Counted from the first letter of the stretch, positions 1-9,018 are shown. The stretch is DNA of 37,403 nt from Candidatus Peregrinibacteria bacterium (GCA_016186245.1 JACPLZ010000031.1:1-37403); one strand, 5' to 3'. A program made the numbers and translations. The notes: generated from the sequence alone by a model not told the origin.

Positions 1-1356
1 CGCCGCATCATCAAAATAGCCGTATGCCGCATCATCTTCAATAAAAACTGACATACCCCTGGCCAACAAAATATCCATTCTCAAATAAAAAACAGCAAAA
101 ATAATTGCAAAAACACCAACAGGCAGCGCCACAATTCTTACCTTTCCAATTTCAAAATTCCTAAATTTTACAACTTTAAGCAACAGCACCGCCCAAAAAG
201 CCGCCAAATAAACCCAATGTTCCATCACCGAAAAACTGAATTGCACAGCCACATAATAGGCAACCAAAGCAAGGTATACCTCCAGCGTTTTTATTCCAAG
301 AAATTTTCTTCTATCTTCCTTTTTCCAAACAAGCATCAGCAAAAATCCCAACGGAATTAAATAAAGAGCCGCCCCAAAAATCCCCCTTTCCGTCAGCGCC
401 TCCAGAAATTCATTATGAGGACTTTCCGGCACACGATAAAATTGCTCATTTTCAAAAACTTCTTTTGGCATTACCGCCGCAAATTGCCTGTAAAAAGTCT
501 CCACCCCGCTGCCCATCCAGATATTTTCCGAATTCAGACTCTGCGCAGCACCTTTCCACAGAAAAAACCGTAAATTCAAAGACCTCATCTCCAGGCCAAA
601 ATTCCACAGTCCGGCTATCACAACAACGATCAATCCCACTGTAATCAGCAACTTATATATTGCCTTCCCATTCCATATCAGCACAAACATCAGCCACAAA
701 GAAAAACCGATACCGATTTCCACCGCCCTGCTCCCAGTCAAAAAAATAACCGCCGCCAATAAAACCATTACAACGAAATCGGCAATTCTTCCTCGCACTT
801 TTTTTTTCATGCGCCCGCTCTTCCCAAAAACATCAAACAGAACAATAAACAGCGGAAAAATCAAAAACTGCGCCAGGAAATTCGGCTGTCCGGAAGCGCC
901 AAAAAGCCTGTTTGAATATTCCGGCGCCGTCCACAACAAAATCGCCGCAATAGCGGCAACCGCCCCGATCCACTTCACCAGCCAAAAGAAAAGCCGCTGC
1001 AAGTTTTTATCCGAAAACAATGCCAGACAAATCAAAAAATGCGCCGCCAGAAATATATAAAAAAGACTTCCCTGCATCAAAGAATATTCACCAAAAAAAC
1101 TCCTGACCGGAGCTAAAGAAAAAACAGTCGACAACAAAAAAGAAACGACCCAAAGCCCCAAATAAAGATATATGCCACGATGAAATTTCAGCGCAAACCT
1201 ACGCAAATCAGCCCACCGCGAAAAAAATACCCCCACCAAAAACAACCCGACCATCCCAAAAAACCAGAAAATTTTCCCACTGCCATACAACTGCATTCCC
1301 CACGGATTCATCACCAGTGGAATCAAAAAAATGGCTAAATACCAGGCATTTTTCAT
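1..1356 (-). CDS. O-antigen ligase (Wzy_C)-family membrane protein, 3' end outside the window
   Basis: Not in the ORF track; translated by hand from ATG 1356 (ATGA overlap with the upstream stop): MKNAWYLAIFLIPLVMNPWG...; many hydrophobic segments, GQPNFLAQ, LTGSR, R..LWK, G.G..TF and PHNEFLE..TERGIFG motifs. Confidence 0.8.
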   Translation of the reverse strand, partial: MKNAWYLAIFLIPLVMNPWGMQLYGSGKIFWFFGMVGLFLVGVFFSRWADLRRFALKFHRGIYLYLGLWVVSFLLSTVFSLAPVRSFFGEYSLMQGSLFYIFLAAHFLICLALFSDKNLQRLFFWLVKWIGAVAAIAAILLWTAPEYSNRLFGASGQPNFLAQFLIFPLFIVLFDVFGKSGRMKKKVRGRIADFVVMVLLAAVIFLTGSRAVEIGIGFSLWLMFVLIWNGKAIYKLLITVGLIVVVIAGLWNFGLEMRSLNLRFFLWKGAAQSLNSENIWMGSGVETFYRQFAAVMPKEVFENEQFYRVPESPHNEFLEALTERGIFGAALYLIPLGFLLMLVWKKEDRRKFLGIKTLEVYLALVAYYVAVQFSFSVMEHWVYLAAFWAVLLLKVVKFRNFEIGKVRIVALPVGVFAIIFAVFYLRMDILLARGMSVFIEDDAAYGYFDDAA

Positions 1357-2681
1357 TCTCTATTGGCAAGATAGTTGTAAATTGCCACCGCAACCTCCTC
1401 GCGTGACAGATAATTGGAAGGCGCCAGCCACTTTAACCTCTTCGGGAAAAGCTGATATTTTTCCGCTGCACCGGCATATTTTGCAAACCAGTCGCCATCC
1501 TGCACGTCATCATAGGTATAATCCAGCCCATCCTCGAGCTCAAAAGTCTTAGATAACATCTTCAAAAATTCCGCTGTATTCACTTTATCCGCAGGCCTAA
1601 AAGTCACCTTGCCTTCATCACCTCTAATAATACCCAAATTCGCAGCGGTAATAACATATTTGACGTACCACGCCCCTTCTGGAATATCAGAAAAACGTCC
1701 TTCGTTACTCACTTCCGACACATCCAGATTCCTCGAAATCAACAGGAATTTTGCAGCCTCCGCCCTGTTTACAGGATCTGATCCATAAAATTGCCCATCC
1801 GGACGGCCATTGATAACCTTGCGTCTCTGTAATTCCGCAGCAGCAAGCCCCTCGTCATTATTCACATTCATGTCCGGAAACGGACTGACTGCAAAATACG
1901 TAAACACCGCATCCTCAAAACGACCAAGATTTACCGGCCTATCCCACATACCCTTGTAAAAAAGCTCTATGCATTGCCCAACTTCATCCATGCTTGATTT
2001 TCGTTTGTTCACAAATCTTTTGGTAAAATCACCTTCCTCCCAATAAAATTTCAGCTTATCGCAACGTTCTTTCGAAGGCAGCTCAGCGGAAAAACCGTCA
2101 GCGGAATTTTCAGTTTCCGAACCTTCCGGGGCAGAATGCCACATTTCATTATATAAATATTCACACTGTCGCGGCTCATCCAGATGTCCATCCTCACTGC
2201 CATTTTCCGCTACCCATCGGGCAGTATAACCACCATCGGATTCATCAATCCAATCAGCTTTTACAGCTTCGCATCGCGCCTCGCTTATCGTGTCATCCGA
2301 ACCGGAACTTGAACCGGATGAAGAAGCCGCAACAGCCAGCCAAATATCAGGATAATAATATTTACACGCATCGGGCTCATCCAGATGCCCGTCAAGATCG
2401 CCATTTTCCAGCTCCCATCTGTGAGTATATCCTCCAGCGGGATAATCTTTATCCCAATTGGCAGTGCTCGCAGCAATCGCCGTATCAATTCTATCCCAAT
2501 CCTTTTTCAATTCCTCGCATCTCACAGTGGATGGCTTTGTTACCACGCTTATCAGGCTTGTCTTGAATATACCCGCATTTGTTCCAAAGACCAGAATCAA
2601 CCCAAGAAAAAGTATTGCAAATCCGGTAATTTTAACCGCATCAATTTTTCTCTTTCGCGTGATTTTTTTTCTTGATTTCAT
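1353..2681 (-). CDS. S-layer homology (SLH) domain protein with N-terminal Cys/Trp repeats
   Basis: N-terminal TM/signal segment; C-terminal SLH-type repeats (FPDM...VINGRPDGQF...VNRAE; FSDI..GAWY...GIIRG...TFRP..VNTAE). Confidence 0.8.
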   Translation of the reverse strand: MKSRKKITRKRKIDAVKITGFAILFLGLILVFGTNAGIFKTSLISVVTKPSTVRCEELKKDWDRIDTAIAASTANWDKDYPAGGYTHRWELENGDLDGHLDEPDACKYYYPDIWLAVAASSSGSSSGSDDTISEARCEAVKADWIDESDGGYTARWVAENGSEDGHLDEPRQCEYLYNEMWHSAPEGSETENSADGFSAELPSKERCDKLKFYWEEGDFTKRFVNKRKSSMDEVGQCIELFYKGMWDRPVNLGRFEDAVFTYFAVSPFPDMNVNNDEGLAAAELQRRKVINGRPDGQFYGSDPVNRAEAAKFLLISRNLDVSEVSNEGRFSDIPEGAWYVKYVITAANLGIIRGDEGKVTFRPADKVNTAEFLKMLSKTFELEDGLDYTYDDVQDGDWFAKYAGAAEKYQLFPKRLKWLAPSNYLSREEVAVAIYNYLANRE

Positions 2682-2731
2682 TTTGAAGAATTAAAAAAAT
2701 AAATTGACCAATCGAATAATACAATAGTACG

Positions 2732-2760
2732 TTGCACAAGCCAACCATTTTCATTACTAT
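2732..2760 (+). promoter_or_regulatory. putative sigma70 promoter for the tRNA-Arg locus
   Basis: TTGCAC-17nt-TACTAT, 10 nt before the tRNA 5' fragment at 2771. Confidence 0.45.
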
Positions 2761-2768
2761 GCTTGCAC

Positions 2769-2828
2769 ATGCGCCCGTAGCTCAGATGGGGAGCCTTCAG
2801 CCAAATTATAAAGTTGCAAACGCTCGCA
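2769..2828 (+). pseudogene. decayed tRNA-Arg duplicate or 5' fragment
   Basis: ATGCGCCCGTAGCTCAGATGG (2769-2789) is identical to 2875-2895; GAGC, AGCCAAA and CGCTCGCA remnants follow. Confidence 0.55.
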
Positions 2829-2876
2829 TCTAACGGTAAAAACATGGAAAACAAATAAACGATGATTTAAAAATAT

Positions 2877-2953
2877 GCGCCCGTAGCTCAGATGGATAGA
2901 GCGTTGGTTTGCGGAGCCAAAGGTCACAGGTTCGACTCCTGTCGGGCGCACCA
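2877..2953 (+). tRNA. tRNA-Arg (anticodon GCG)
   Basis: Acceptor GCGCCCG/CGGGCGC, anticodon arm TTGGT-TTGCGGA-GCCAA, T arm ACAGG-TTCGACT-CCTGT, encoded CCA. Confidence 0.95.
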
Positions 2954-2970
2954 AACTGGAACAAAAAATT

Positions 2971-3741
2971 CTACTCCGGCAGATTTCCCATCCCTCTCTT
3001 CGCCCCCTTTCTCTTCTTTCTGCCCCTATTCCTCCTCAGTTTTTCATCAATCCCTTTCTGGGAAGGCTGCATAACAACATTTCTCGCCCATGGCTCATCG
3101 GTCAAAAGTTCCCCTTTGAATTGCTGCAGAAGCCAATCCAGGAATTCGGTCTGTTCTGCCAGCTGTCTTTTACTAAAACTTCCGCGAAAATCAACATTAT
3201 AAGCAATGGAAGGAACTCCATCGCGCCCGGCCGGCACGTCTATAATTTCCACCGGCCTGCCCAATGCCCATGGAGCACAAAATACCAGCGGTGCCCACCG
3301 TTCATATTTTTCCATCAGTTTTTCCTGTTTACTTAAACCGCCAAACACATCCCCTCCAAATAATCTGGCCAAAAACCCTGGAGCAGCGCTGGCTTCAGCT
3401 TCATCTTTTCCACTGCGACCAATATAAAACTCAGGAATTTTCAGGCTGACATTATGTCCATTTACCACAACATCAACATTTTTTTCCTTAGCCATAAACA
3501 TGGCCATCACCAGTTTATCCAGCACCCCTTCCAGCTCATCTGGCCACGATAAACCAATATCTTCAGCGGTAAAATCAACCGAGCCGGTAACTCTGGCAAT
3601 TCTGTCCAGCACCTCCTGCCGCAAAGCATTTGGATCCAGTCCCCCCCTATAGTGATCCAAAATTTTATATGAATCATATAGATGGGTAATAAACCCTTCC
3701 ATATCGCTAAGAAGCTGGGACACTCTCGCTCTGCATTCCAC
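2971..3741 (-). CDS. hypothetical protein, probably the frameshifted C-terminal part of the upstream RelA/SpoT-like ORF
   Basis: 256-aa ORF overlapping the upstream ORF by 235 nt in the -1 frame; natural composition where the upstream frame turns W/C-rich. Confidence 0.65.
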   Translation of the reverse strand: MECRARVSQLLSDMEGFITHLYDSYKILDHYRGGLDPNALRQEVLDRIARVTGSVDFTAEDIGLSWPDELEGVLDKLVMAMFMAKEKNVDVVVNGHNVSLKIPEFYIGRSGKDEAEASAAPGFLARLFGGDVFGGLSKQEKLMEKYERWAPLVFCAPWALGRPVEIIDVPAGRDGVPSIAYNVDFRGSFSKRQLAEQTEFLDWLLQQFKGELLTDEPWARNVVMQPSQKGIDEKLRRNRGRKKRKGAKRGMGNLPE

Positions 3742-5420
3742 TGCCTTTGCGTCCGAATAAAAAAAGAGTGCTCATCCGTAGAAACACCCATTCGGTTTTC
3801 ACCAAGCCTTCTGCCCAACACGCTATTAAACTCGCCCCTGCCCGCCCATTGATGCTTAAGAGGCTTTGGGAAAAGACGCTTAAACACTTCTGCGGCCGCA
3901 AAACACATATTTGGATCATTCCTGACACACCTGAAAATTACAAAATTCTGCAAAGCCTGTTCATACCTCCCATCTCTAGCCATATCCTCGGCAATCTCTC
4001 CATCTTCATACCTGAAACCAACAGGCCGGTAATTCAGAATATAATCAACCCCCTCAGTCATAGTAGAATCCATCATTTCTCTCTTCATCTCATCCTGAAA
4101 TTCAGCGCTAAATTCACGTTTAAGACCAGGCCAATGTTGCCCATCCTTCAAAACAACCGGCCCCATATCCCGTCTATCACGTTTAGATCTGAGAACAATA
4201 CGCCTCTCTCTCTCATCCGGATCACGAAAAATCAGGTAATCATACAGCCAATCCGCAACATTCCACATTCTCATGGCCACAGCGCAAGCCATAAATGTAT
4301 AAATTGTATCCGCCGCCACTTCCTGAAATTTTTCCTCGGAAACTTCAGCCCCGCCACTCATGCCTGCTCTTATTTTTTGAATAAAAGTTCTTGTATTATC
4401 AAGCCTGTCGCTAATTTTTATAATTATGGCCCTCATTGCGGAAAATCTCTGCGCCCGCTTATGCCCCAAAACACCGTAAAACATTTCCACTATCTGCCTG
4501 GCCTTATTGTCGCCGGATTTTGTCACAAGCTTAACAAGCGCCTCTATAGACACCATTCTGGAAAAGAAAACAGCCGCTCCGGAAACATTGCCTGGCTGGC
4601 CGGAAACACCGCCAAGAGAAGAACACACCCACGAAAAATGCTTATCGAAACTAGCACCATGCCTTTCTCTAAGAGACTCGGCATGCGCCTTCGGAACCCA
4701 AACCGGACCATCCTTTCCAAAAAATTTCGGATTCAAATCTTCAACGCTGGAATTAAGCAAACCTGCTATACCCACCGGCCAATCTTCCAGCACATCATGT
4801 AGCATAGCCGCAATAACTGTCTGTTCACAGAAAAAACGACATTTTTGGACAACATTTCCAACTGCGCTGGCAACAGGATGATAGGCATAATCCTGGGAAT
4901 CACCTTTTGCATCCTTTTCACCTTTTCTTTTGGCGCCATAATGAATCAAAAAAACATAATATGCAGCAACCTTCAAATTTTCCCGCCAGTTAGCGGAAAA
5001 ATTAGAACAGTCCTCTGACCCCCTGATAACTTCTTCCACTTTATCAAGGTCTCCGTCAAAACGCCTGACAAATTCCTCAAACCGCTTGTTCAGATCTTTG
5101 CCAATAGCCTCATTCTTGAACAATATTGATTTCTCAAATCCAAACCGCACCACAAGATCATTAAGCAGTAAAAAAGCCTGCTGCATAGCGCTATTGTTTT
5201 TTTCAAAAACCTCCCTGTACAAAAATCCGTCCCTATTTTCACCCCCCAAAAATTTGGAAAAACAATCGGATAAAACACTTCTGCTGACAGCCGCATTGAC
5301 GGCATCGGCAAACCCCTTCATTACAGGGACATCTGCAACATCAACCACCTGCGCCCGGCCATCAACAGAAACTTCATCTTCATGCACACCATCCTGATTG
5401 TCATTCCGCTCCTTTGCCAT
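3507..5420 (-). CDS. divergent RelA/SpoT-like protein with HD hydrolase domain
   Basis: HYGAKRK...Y.YHP, AAMLHDVLED, LVKLVTK and IKISDRLDNTRT match (p)ppGpp hydrolase HD motifs; start placed at ATG 5420 (track start 5438). Confidence 0.7.
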   Translation of the reverse strand: MAKERNDNQDGVHEDEVSVDGRAQVVDVADVPVMKGFADAVNAAVSRSVLSDCFSKFLGGENRDGFLYREVFEKNNSAMQQAFLLLNDLVVRFGFEKSILFKNEAIGKDLNKRFEEFVRRFDGDLDKVEEVIRGSEDCSNFSANWRENLKVAAYYVFLIHYGAKRKGEKDAKGDSQDYAYHPVASAVGNVVQKCRFFCEQTVIAAMLHDVLEDWPVGIAGLLNSSVEDLNPKFFGKDGPVWVPKAHAESLRERHGASFDKHFSWVCSSLGGVSGQPGNVSGAAVFFSRMVSIEALVKLVTKSGDNKARQIVEMFYGVLGHKRAQRFSAMRAIIIKISDRLDNTRTFIQKIRAGMSGGAEVSEEKFQEVAADTIYTFMACAVAMRMWNVADWLYDYLIFRDPDERERRIVLRSKRDRRDMGPVVLKDGQHWPGLKREFSAEFQDEMKREMMDSTMTEGVDYILNYRPVGFRYEDGEIAEDMARDGRYEQALQNFVIFRCVRNDPNMCFAAAEVFKRLFPKPLKHQWAGRGEFNSVLGRRLGENRMGVSTDEHSFFIRTQRQWNAERECPSFLAIWKGLLPIYMIHIKFWITIGGDWIQMLCGRRCWTELPELPARLILPLKILVYRGQMSWKGCWINW

Positions 5421-5511
5421 ATAAAAACCATAAGGCATAGCAGAATACCATATTTCAACAAAAAGGCAATAGAAGATAGCCGCACGCGCATACCACGCCC
5501 ATACACCATTT

Positions 5512-6141
5512 TCAGCAATTTTTCAGATTTGCTATCGCCACGCTCCTATCATCAGATTCAAAAATATATGTTCCGGCAATCATAATATTTGCTCCAGCTT
5601 CTCTGCATATCCTTGCCGTTTTATCATCAATTCCCCCGTCAACACTTATATCTCCATCATACCCCAAATCCCTTAGCTGCCTTATTTTTGGCATCATGTC
5701 CTTCATGAATTTTTGCCCGCCAAACCCGGGCTCAACCGTCATAATCAAAATTTGATCAACCATCTCCAGCACGCCTTCCAAAACTTCCACGCCGGTTTTT
5801 GGCCTCACGGATACCCCGTTCTTCACCCCCAAATCCCTGATGGTACCCAAAACTCCCTTTAAATCTTTGCACGCCTCCGCGTGGACAATCAAAGTATCGG
5901 CGCCGGCCTTCACAAAATCCTCAAAAAAATCCCACGGATGTTCTATCATCAAATGCACATCAATCGGCAATTTTGTTTTAATCCATTTCATCACCGGCGC
6001 CCCAAAACTTATGTTAGGCACAAAATGCCCATCCATCACATCATAGTGCAACCGATCACTGTACGGCTCTACCTCCTTAATTTCCTCATTCAGCCTGCCG
6101 AAATCAGCCGACAGAATTGAAGGTGCGACTTGTATATTCAT
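5512..6141 (-). CDS. rpe: ribulose-phosphate 3-epimerase
   Basis: APSILSADF, HYDVMDGHFVPN, DVHLM, MTVEPGFGGQKF, VDGGI. Confidence 0.97.
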   Translation of the reverse strand: MNIQVAPSILSADFGRLNEEIKEVEPYSDRLHYDVMDGHFVPNISFGAPVMKWIKTKLPIDVHLMIEHPWDFFEDFVKAGADTLIVHAEACKDLKGVLGTIRDLGVKNGVSVRPKTGVEVLEGVLEMVDQILIMTVEPGFGGQKFMKDMMPKIRQLRDLGYDGDISVDGGIDDKTARICREAGANIMIAGTYIFESDDRSVAIANLKNC

Positions 6142-6599
6142 CCTATATGGCTTAATTTTTCCACCCTGCGCACATGCCTTTCCTCTCCGTTTTCAAAATC
6201 CGTTTCAAAAAATTTATCCGCAATTTTTTTCATCGCATCAATATCGGTCAGACGCGCTCCCATAGTTAAAACATTGGCATTGTTGTGCTTTCTGGCCATT
6301 TCGGCCATTTCTGCAGTTACGGCATTTACAGCCCTGATATCTTTAAACTTGTTAACCGCCATCGCCACGCCTATTCCGGTGCCGCAAATCAAAACACCAA
6401 AAGATTCAGGATGCTCCACAACTTTTTCACCGACTTCCCGCGCGACATCTGGATAATCACAGGATTCCTCTGTGAAACACCCCAAATCGGTTACCTCAAA
6501 ACCTTTCTGCTGCAGATAAGCTTTTAAGTCCTCCTTGGCTTTGAATCCGGCATGATCCGCGCCTATAAAAACCAGCTTTTTTTTCTTTTCTCCAATCAT
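6138..6599 (-). CDS. rpiB: ribose-5-phosphate isomerase B
   Basis: GADHAG, DYPD, LICGTGIG, HNNANVL, RH.RR motifs. Confidence 0.97.
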   Translation of the reverse strand: MIGEKKKKLVFIGADHAGFKAKEDLKAYLQQKGFEVTDLGCFTEESCDYPDVAREVGEKVVEHPESFGVLICGTGIGVAMAVNKFKDIRAVNAVTAEMAEMARKHNNANVLTMGARLTDIDAMKKIADKFFETDFENGEERHVRRVEKLSHIG

Positions 6600-7540
6600 T
6601 GCAAAACAGTGGTAACGGATTTTGATTCATAAACATTCCGGATTATTCTGGAAAGAAGAGGGGCAACGGACAAAACTTTTAACCCCCGGAATTGTTTTTC
6701 TTTCGGAATAGGAATTGTATTTGTTACTACCACCTCCTTGAAACCGGCGCCACTAAGTCTTTCCACGGCCGGATCGGAAAAAACAGCATGGGTCGCCGCC
6801 AAATAAACTTCATCGGCCGCACCATGACTCCTCAGCGCTTTTACCGCCGCGGCTACGCTGCCGGCAGTATCAATCATATCATCGAAAATCACACAATTCC
6901 TTCCACTTACATCACCTATAACATGATGAACCTCCGCTTTGTTATGAGCAGGCCTGGATTTATGAATAATCGCCAGATCCGCCCCCAGCAAGTCGGCAAA
7001 CTTCTTGGCATCCTTTGCCCCTCCGGCATCGGGAGAAACGACCATCAGATTCCTGATTTTTTTCTTTTTAAAATAATCGGCAAACAGACGCCGCGTATCC
7101 AGGTTATCCATCGGAACATTAAAAAATCCCTGCTCCTGGTCGCTATGAAGTTTCAGAGCAATCACATGCCCAGCCCCGGCCGCCGACAACAAATCTGCGA
7201 CCAGTTTTGCAGAAATAGGCTCTCTCGGCGTGGCCACACGATCCTGTCTGGAGTACCCATAATGTGGCATGACAACGTGAATATGATAGGCAAAAGATCT
7301 CTTCAGAGCATCAATCATAATAAAAAGTTCCATCAAATCTTCGTTCACGTTGCCAGAAGCGGTTTGAAGAACAAACACATCGCAACCCCTGACGCTCTCC
7401 TTTGGCTTGGCATAAATCTCTCCGCAGGCAAAACGCGAAACTTCCATTTCCGAAAGTTTGACCTTCATATTTTTAGCGATTTCTTTCGCCAATTCCGGAT
7501 GGGAAGACCCGGAGAAGAATTTAATTGGATGCTGGGCCAT
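6596..7540 (-). CDS. prs: ribose-phosphate pyrophosphokinase
   Basis: YGYSRQDR, LHSDQ.QGFF, VSPDAGG, IFDDMIDTAGS. Confidence 0.97.
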   Translation of the reverse strand: MAQHPIKFFSGSSHPELAKEIAKNMKVKLSEMEVSRFACGEIYAKPKESVRGCDVFVLQTASGNVNEDLMELFIMIDALKRSFAYHIHVVMPHYGYSRQDRVATPREPISAKLVADLLSAAGAGHVIALKLHSDQEQGFFNVPMDNLDTRRLFADYFKKKKIRNLMVVSPDAGGAKDAKKFADLLGADLAIIHKSRPAHNKAEVHHVIGDVSGRNCVIFDDMIDTAGSVAAAVKALRSHGAADEVYLAATHAVFSDPAVERLSGAGFKEVVVTNTIPIPKEKQFRGLKVLSVAPLLSRIIRNVYESKSVTTVLQ

Positions 7541-7596
7541 AAAATTTGATTACCGGAAAGCAGAATAGCATAGATTTTTTGCAAAGCAAAAATCTA

Positions 7597-8052
7597 TTAA
7601 GGAACCCCTGAAAAATTAAAATAAACCGGTCCAAACTCCTCAAAATTACCATAAAGATACCCACTGTCATGGCGAGCCAAGCCTGCCCTGAGCCCGCCGA
7701 AGGGAACCATGACCCTGATATTCGGCATAGCGCCAACAACCTCCGCATCCCTCACTCCATCACCAACCGCAAAAATCTTCACATTCAAATTTGGAATACA
7801 TATTCCATCACGCAATTGGGCATAGGCATTTGCAATTTTTGCAGATGAACAAACGATTATTGGCATTTTTCCCCTAGCCGCAAAACCGCACGCGGCCATC
7901 ATCATGCTCTGTTCCCCGGAAAAATTAAACGCCCTGTCCTTAAACCGGTTCACAAAATTCTCCATGCCGGCAAATTCATCGCAATACAAAACAACCGCAT
8001 TATTGAATCTGTTTACAATTTTCAACAAATCATCCTGTAAATTTTCCATCAC
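7597..8052 (-). CDS. degenerate, truncated transketolase pyrimidine-binding subunit
   Basis: F..R.FN...EQ.MM..A.G.A..GK.P, AY.QLR, NVKI, MPNIRV.VP, GPVY; only 151 aa. Confidence 0.75.
   Translation of the reverse strand: MMENLQDDLLKIVNRFNNAVVLYCDEFAGMENFVNRFKDRAFNFSGEQSMMMAACGFAARGKMPIIVCSSAKIANAYAQLRDGICIPNLNVKIFAVGDGVRDAEVVGAMPNIRVMVPFGGLRAGLARHDSGYLYGNFEEFGPVYFNFSGVP
7666..7713. repeat. REP-like palindrome inside the transketolase C-subunit CDS
   Basis: GTCATGG...CCATGAC terminal inverted repeat enclosing CCCTGAGCCCGCCGAAGGG; 48 bp, frame-preserving. Confidence 0.6.
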
Positions 8053-8885
8053 GCCGATACGTTAAATTTTGAAAGTATTTCCAGCATCTCTCCTTCACTC
8101 AAAATAGCATTCAGATAGCCCGTTTTCCTTTCAGCAAATTCAATACCCTTTCCGGCAATTGTATGACACCAGATACACGACGGCTTTCTGACTGTTTTAA
8201 ACGATTTATCCAAACCGGATAAAAGCTGGTCAAAATTATGTCCATCGATCACCTGCGCAACATCCCAGCCAAAAACTTTAAATTTGTCCTGCACCTGGCC
8301 AACATGGATTTTTACGGGCTGGGAAACATCAACCTCCACGGCAGGATCATCAACAAAAACAATCAGATTGTCGAGTCTATGGTAAGCCGCAGCAATAATC
8401 GCCTCCCATACCTGCCCCTGCCTCAATTCTTCAGCGCTCAAAAGCACAAAAACTTTGTTTCCTTTTTTTTCCATTTTCAATGCCAGAACCAATCCCACGG
8501 CAAAAGACAGCCCGTAACCTTTAGACAAAATTGTGCCGGTCACTCCGGGCGCTTTACCACTCGGGTACTCTTTTAGAATAGAACCGGCCCGCCCCAAAAA
8601 AGCCAACTCCGATTTGTCAAAAAATCCCAAATCCGCCAAAACGGCATATTGCAGCGGAGCAGCTTCCACCTTTGATAAAATAAGGTAATCCTGGCCGCTC
8701 CAGCCCGGCTTTGTCGGATCAACTTTCATTATTTTTCGGCCAAAAATTTCCCCATAATACAGGGCGGTCAAAATTTCCACGCTCGACATTAAATTTCCCA
8801 CATTTCCAACACCAGCCTTATAAACAGACTCCAAAGCGAGCAGTCGTATTTGAGCAGCTTTTTTTTCAAGCATGTCCTTCATCAA
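8049..8885 (-). CDS. transketolase N-terminal (ThDP-binding) subunit homolog, catalytic motifs degenerate
   Basis: S.VEILTALY, D..ILSK, G.GLS.AVG..LA, GQVWEA, LDNL, IDGH, HTI.GKG scaffold; His residues and GDG motif replaced. Confidence 0.85.
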   Translation of the reverse strand: MMKDMLEKKAAQIRLLALESVYKAGVGNVGNLMSSVEILTALYYGEIFGRKIMKVDPTKPGWSGQDYLILSKVEAAPLQYAVLADLGFFDKSELAFLGRAGSILKEYPSGKAPGVTGTILSKGYGLSFAVGLVLALKMEKKGNKVFVLLSAEELRQGQVWEAIIAAAYHRLDNLIVFVDDPAVEVDVSQPVKIHVGQVQDKFKVFGWDVAQVIDGHNFDQLLSGLDKSFKTVRKPSCIWCHTIAGKGIEFAERKTGYLNAILSEGEMLEILSKFNVSA

Positions 8886-8898
8886 TTAAGTTCCTTAG

Positions 8899-9018
8899 GA
8901 AGCCCTGAAAATCGTTGCAATGCGAGGAAACAAACTATTTCTGACCGAGCCGTACTTACCGGTACGGCGAGTAAGAAATAGTGCAGATGACGAAGCAGTG
9001 TACGATTTTCAGAGCTTC
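8899..9018. repeat. ~120-bp palindromic repeat, copy 1
   Basis: Outer arms GAAGCCCTGAAAATCGT / ACGATTTTCAGAGCTTC (16 of 17 pair); core GCCGTAC-TTACCG-GTACGGC. Confidence 0.85.
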
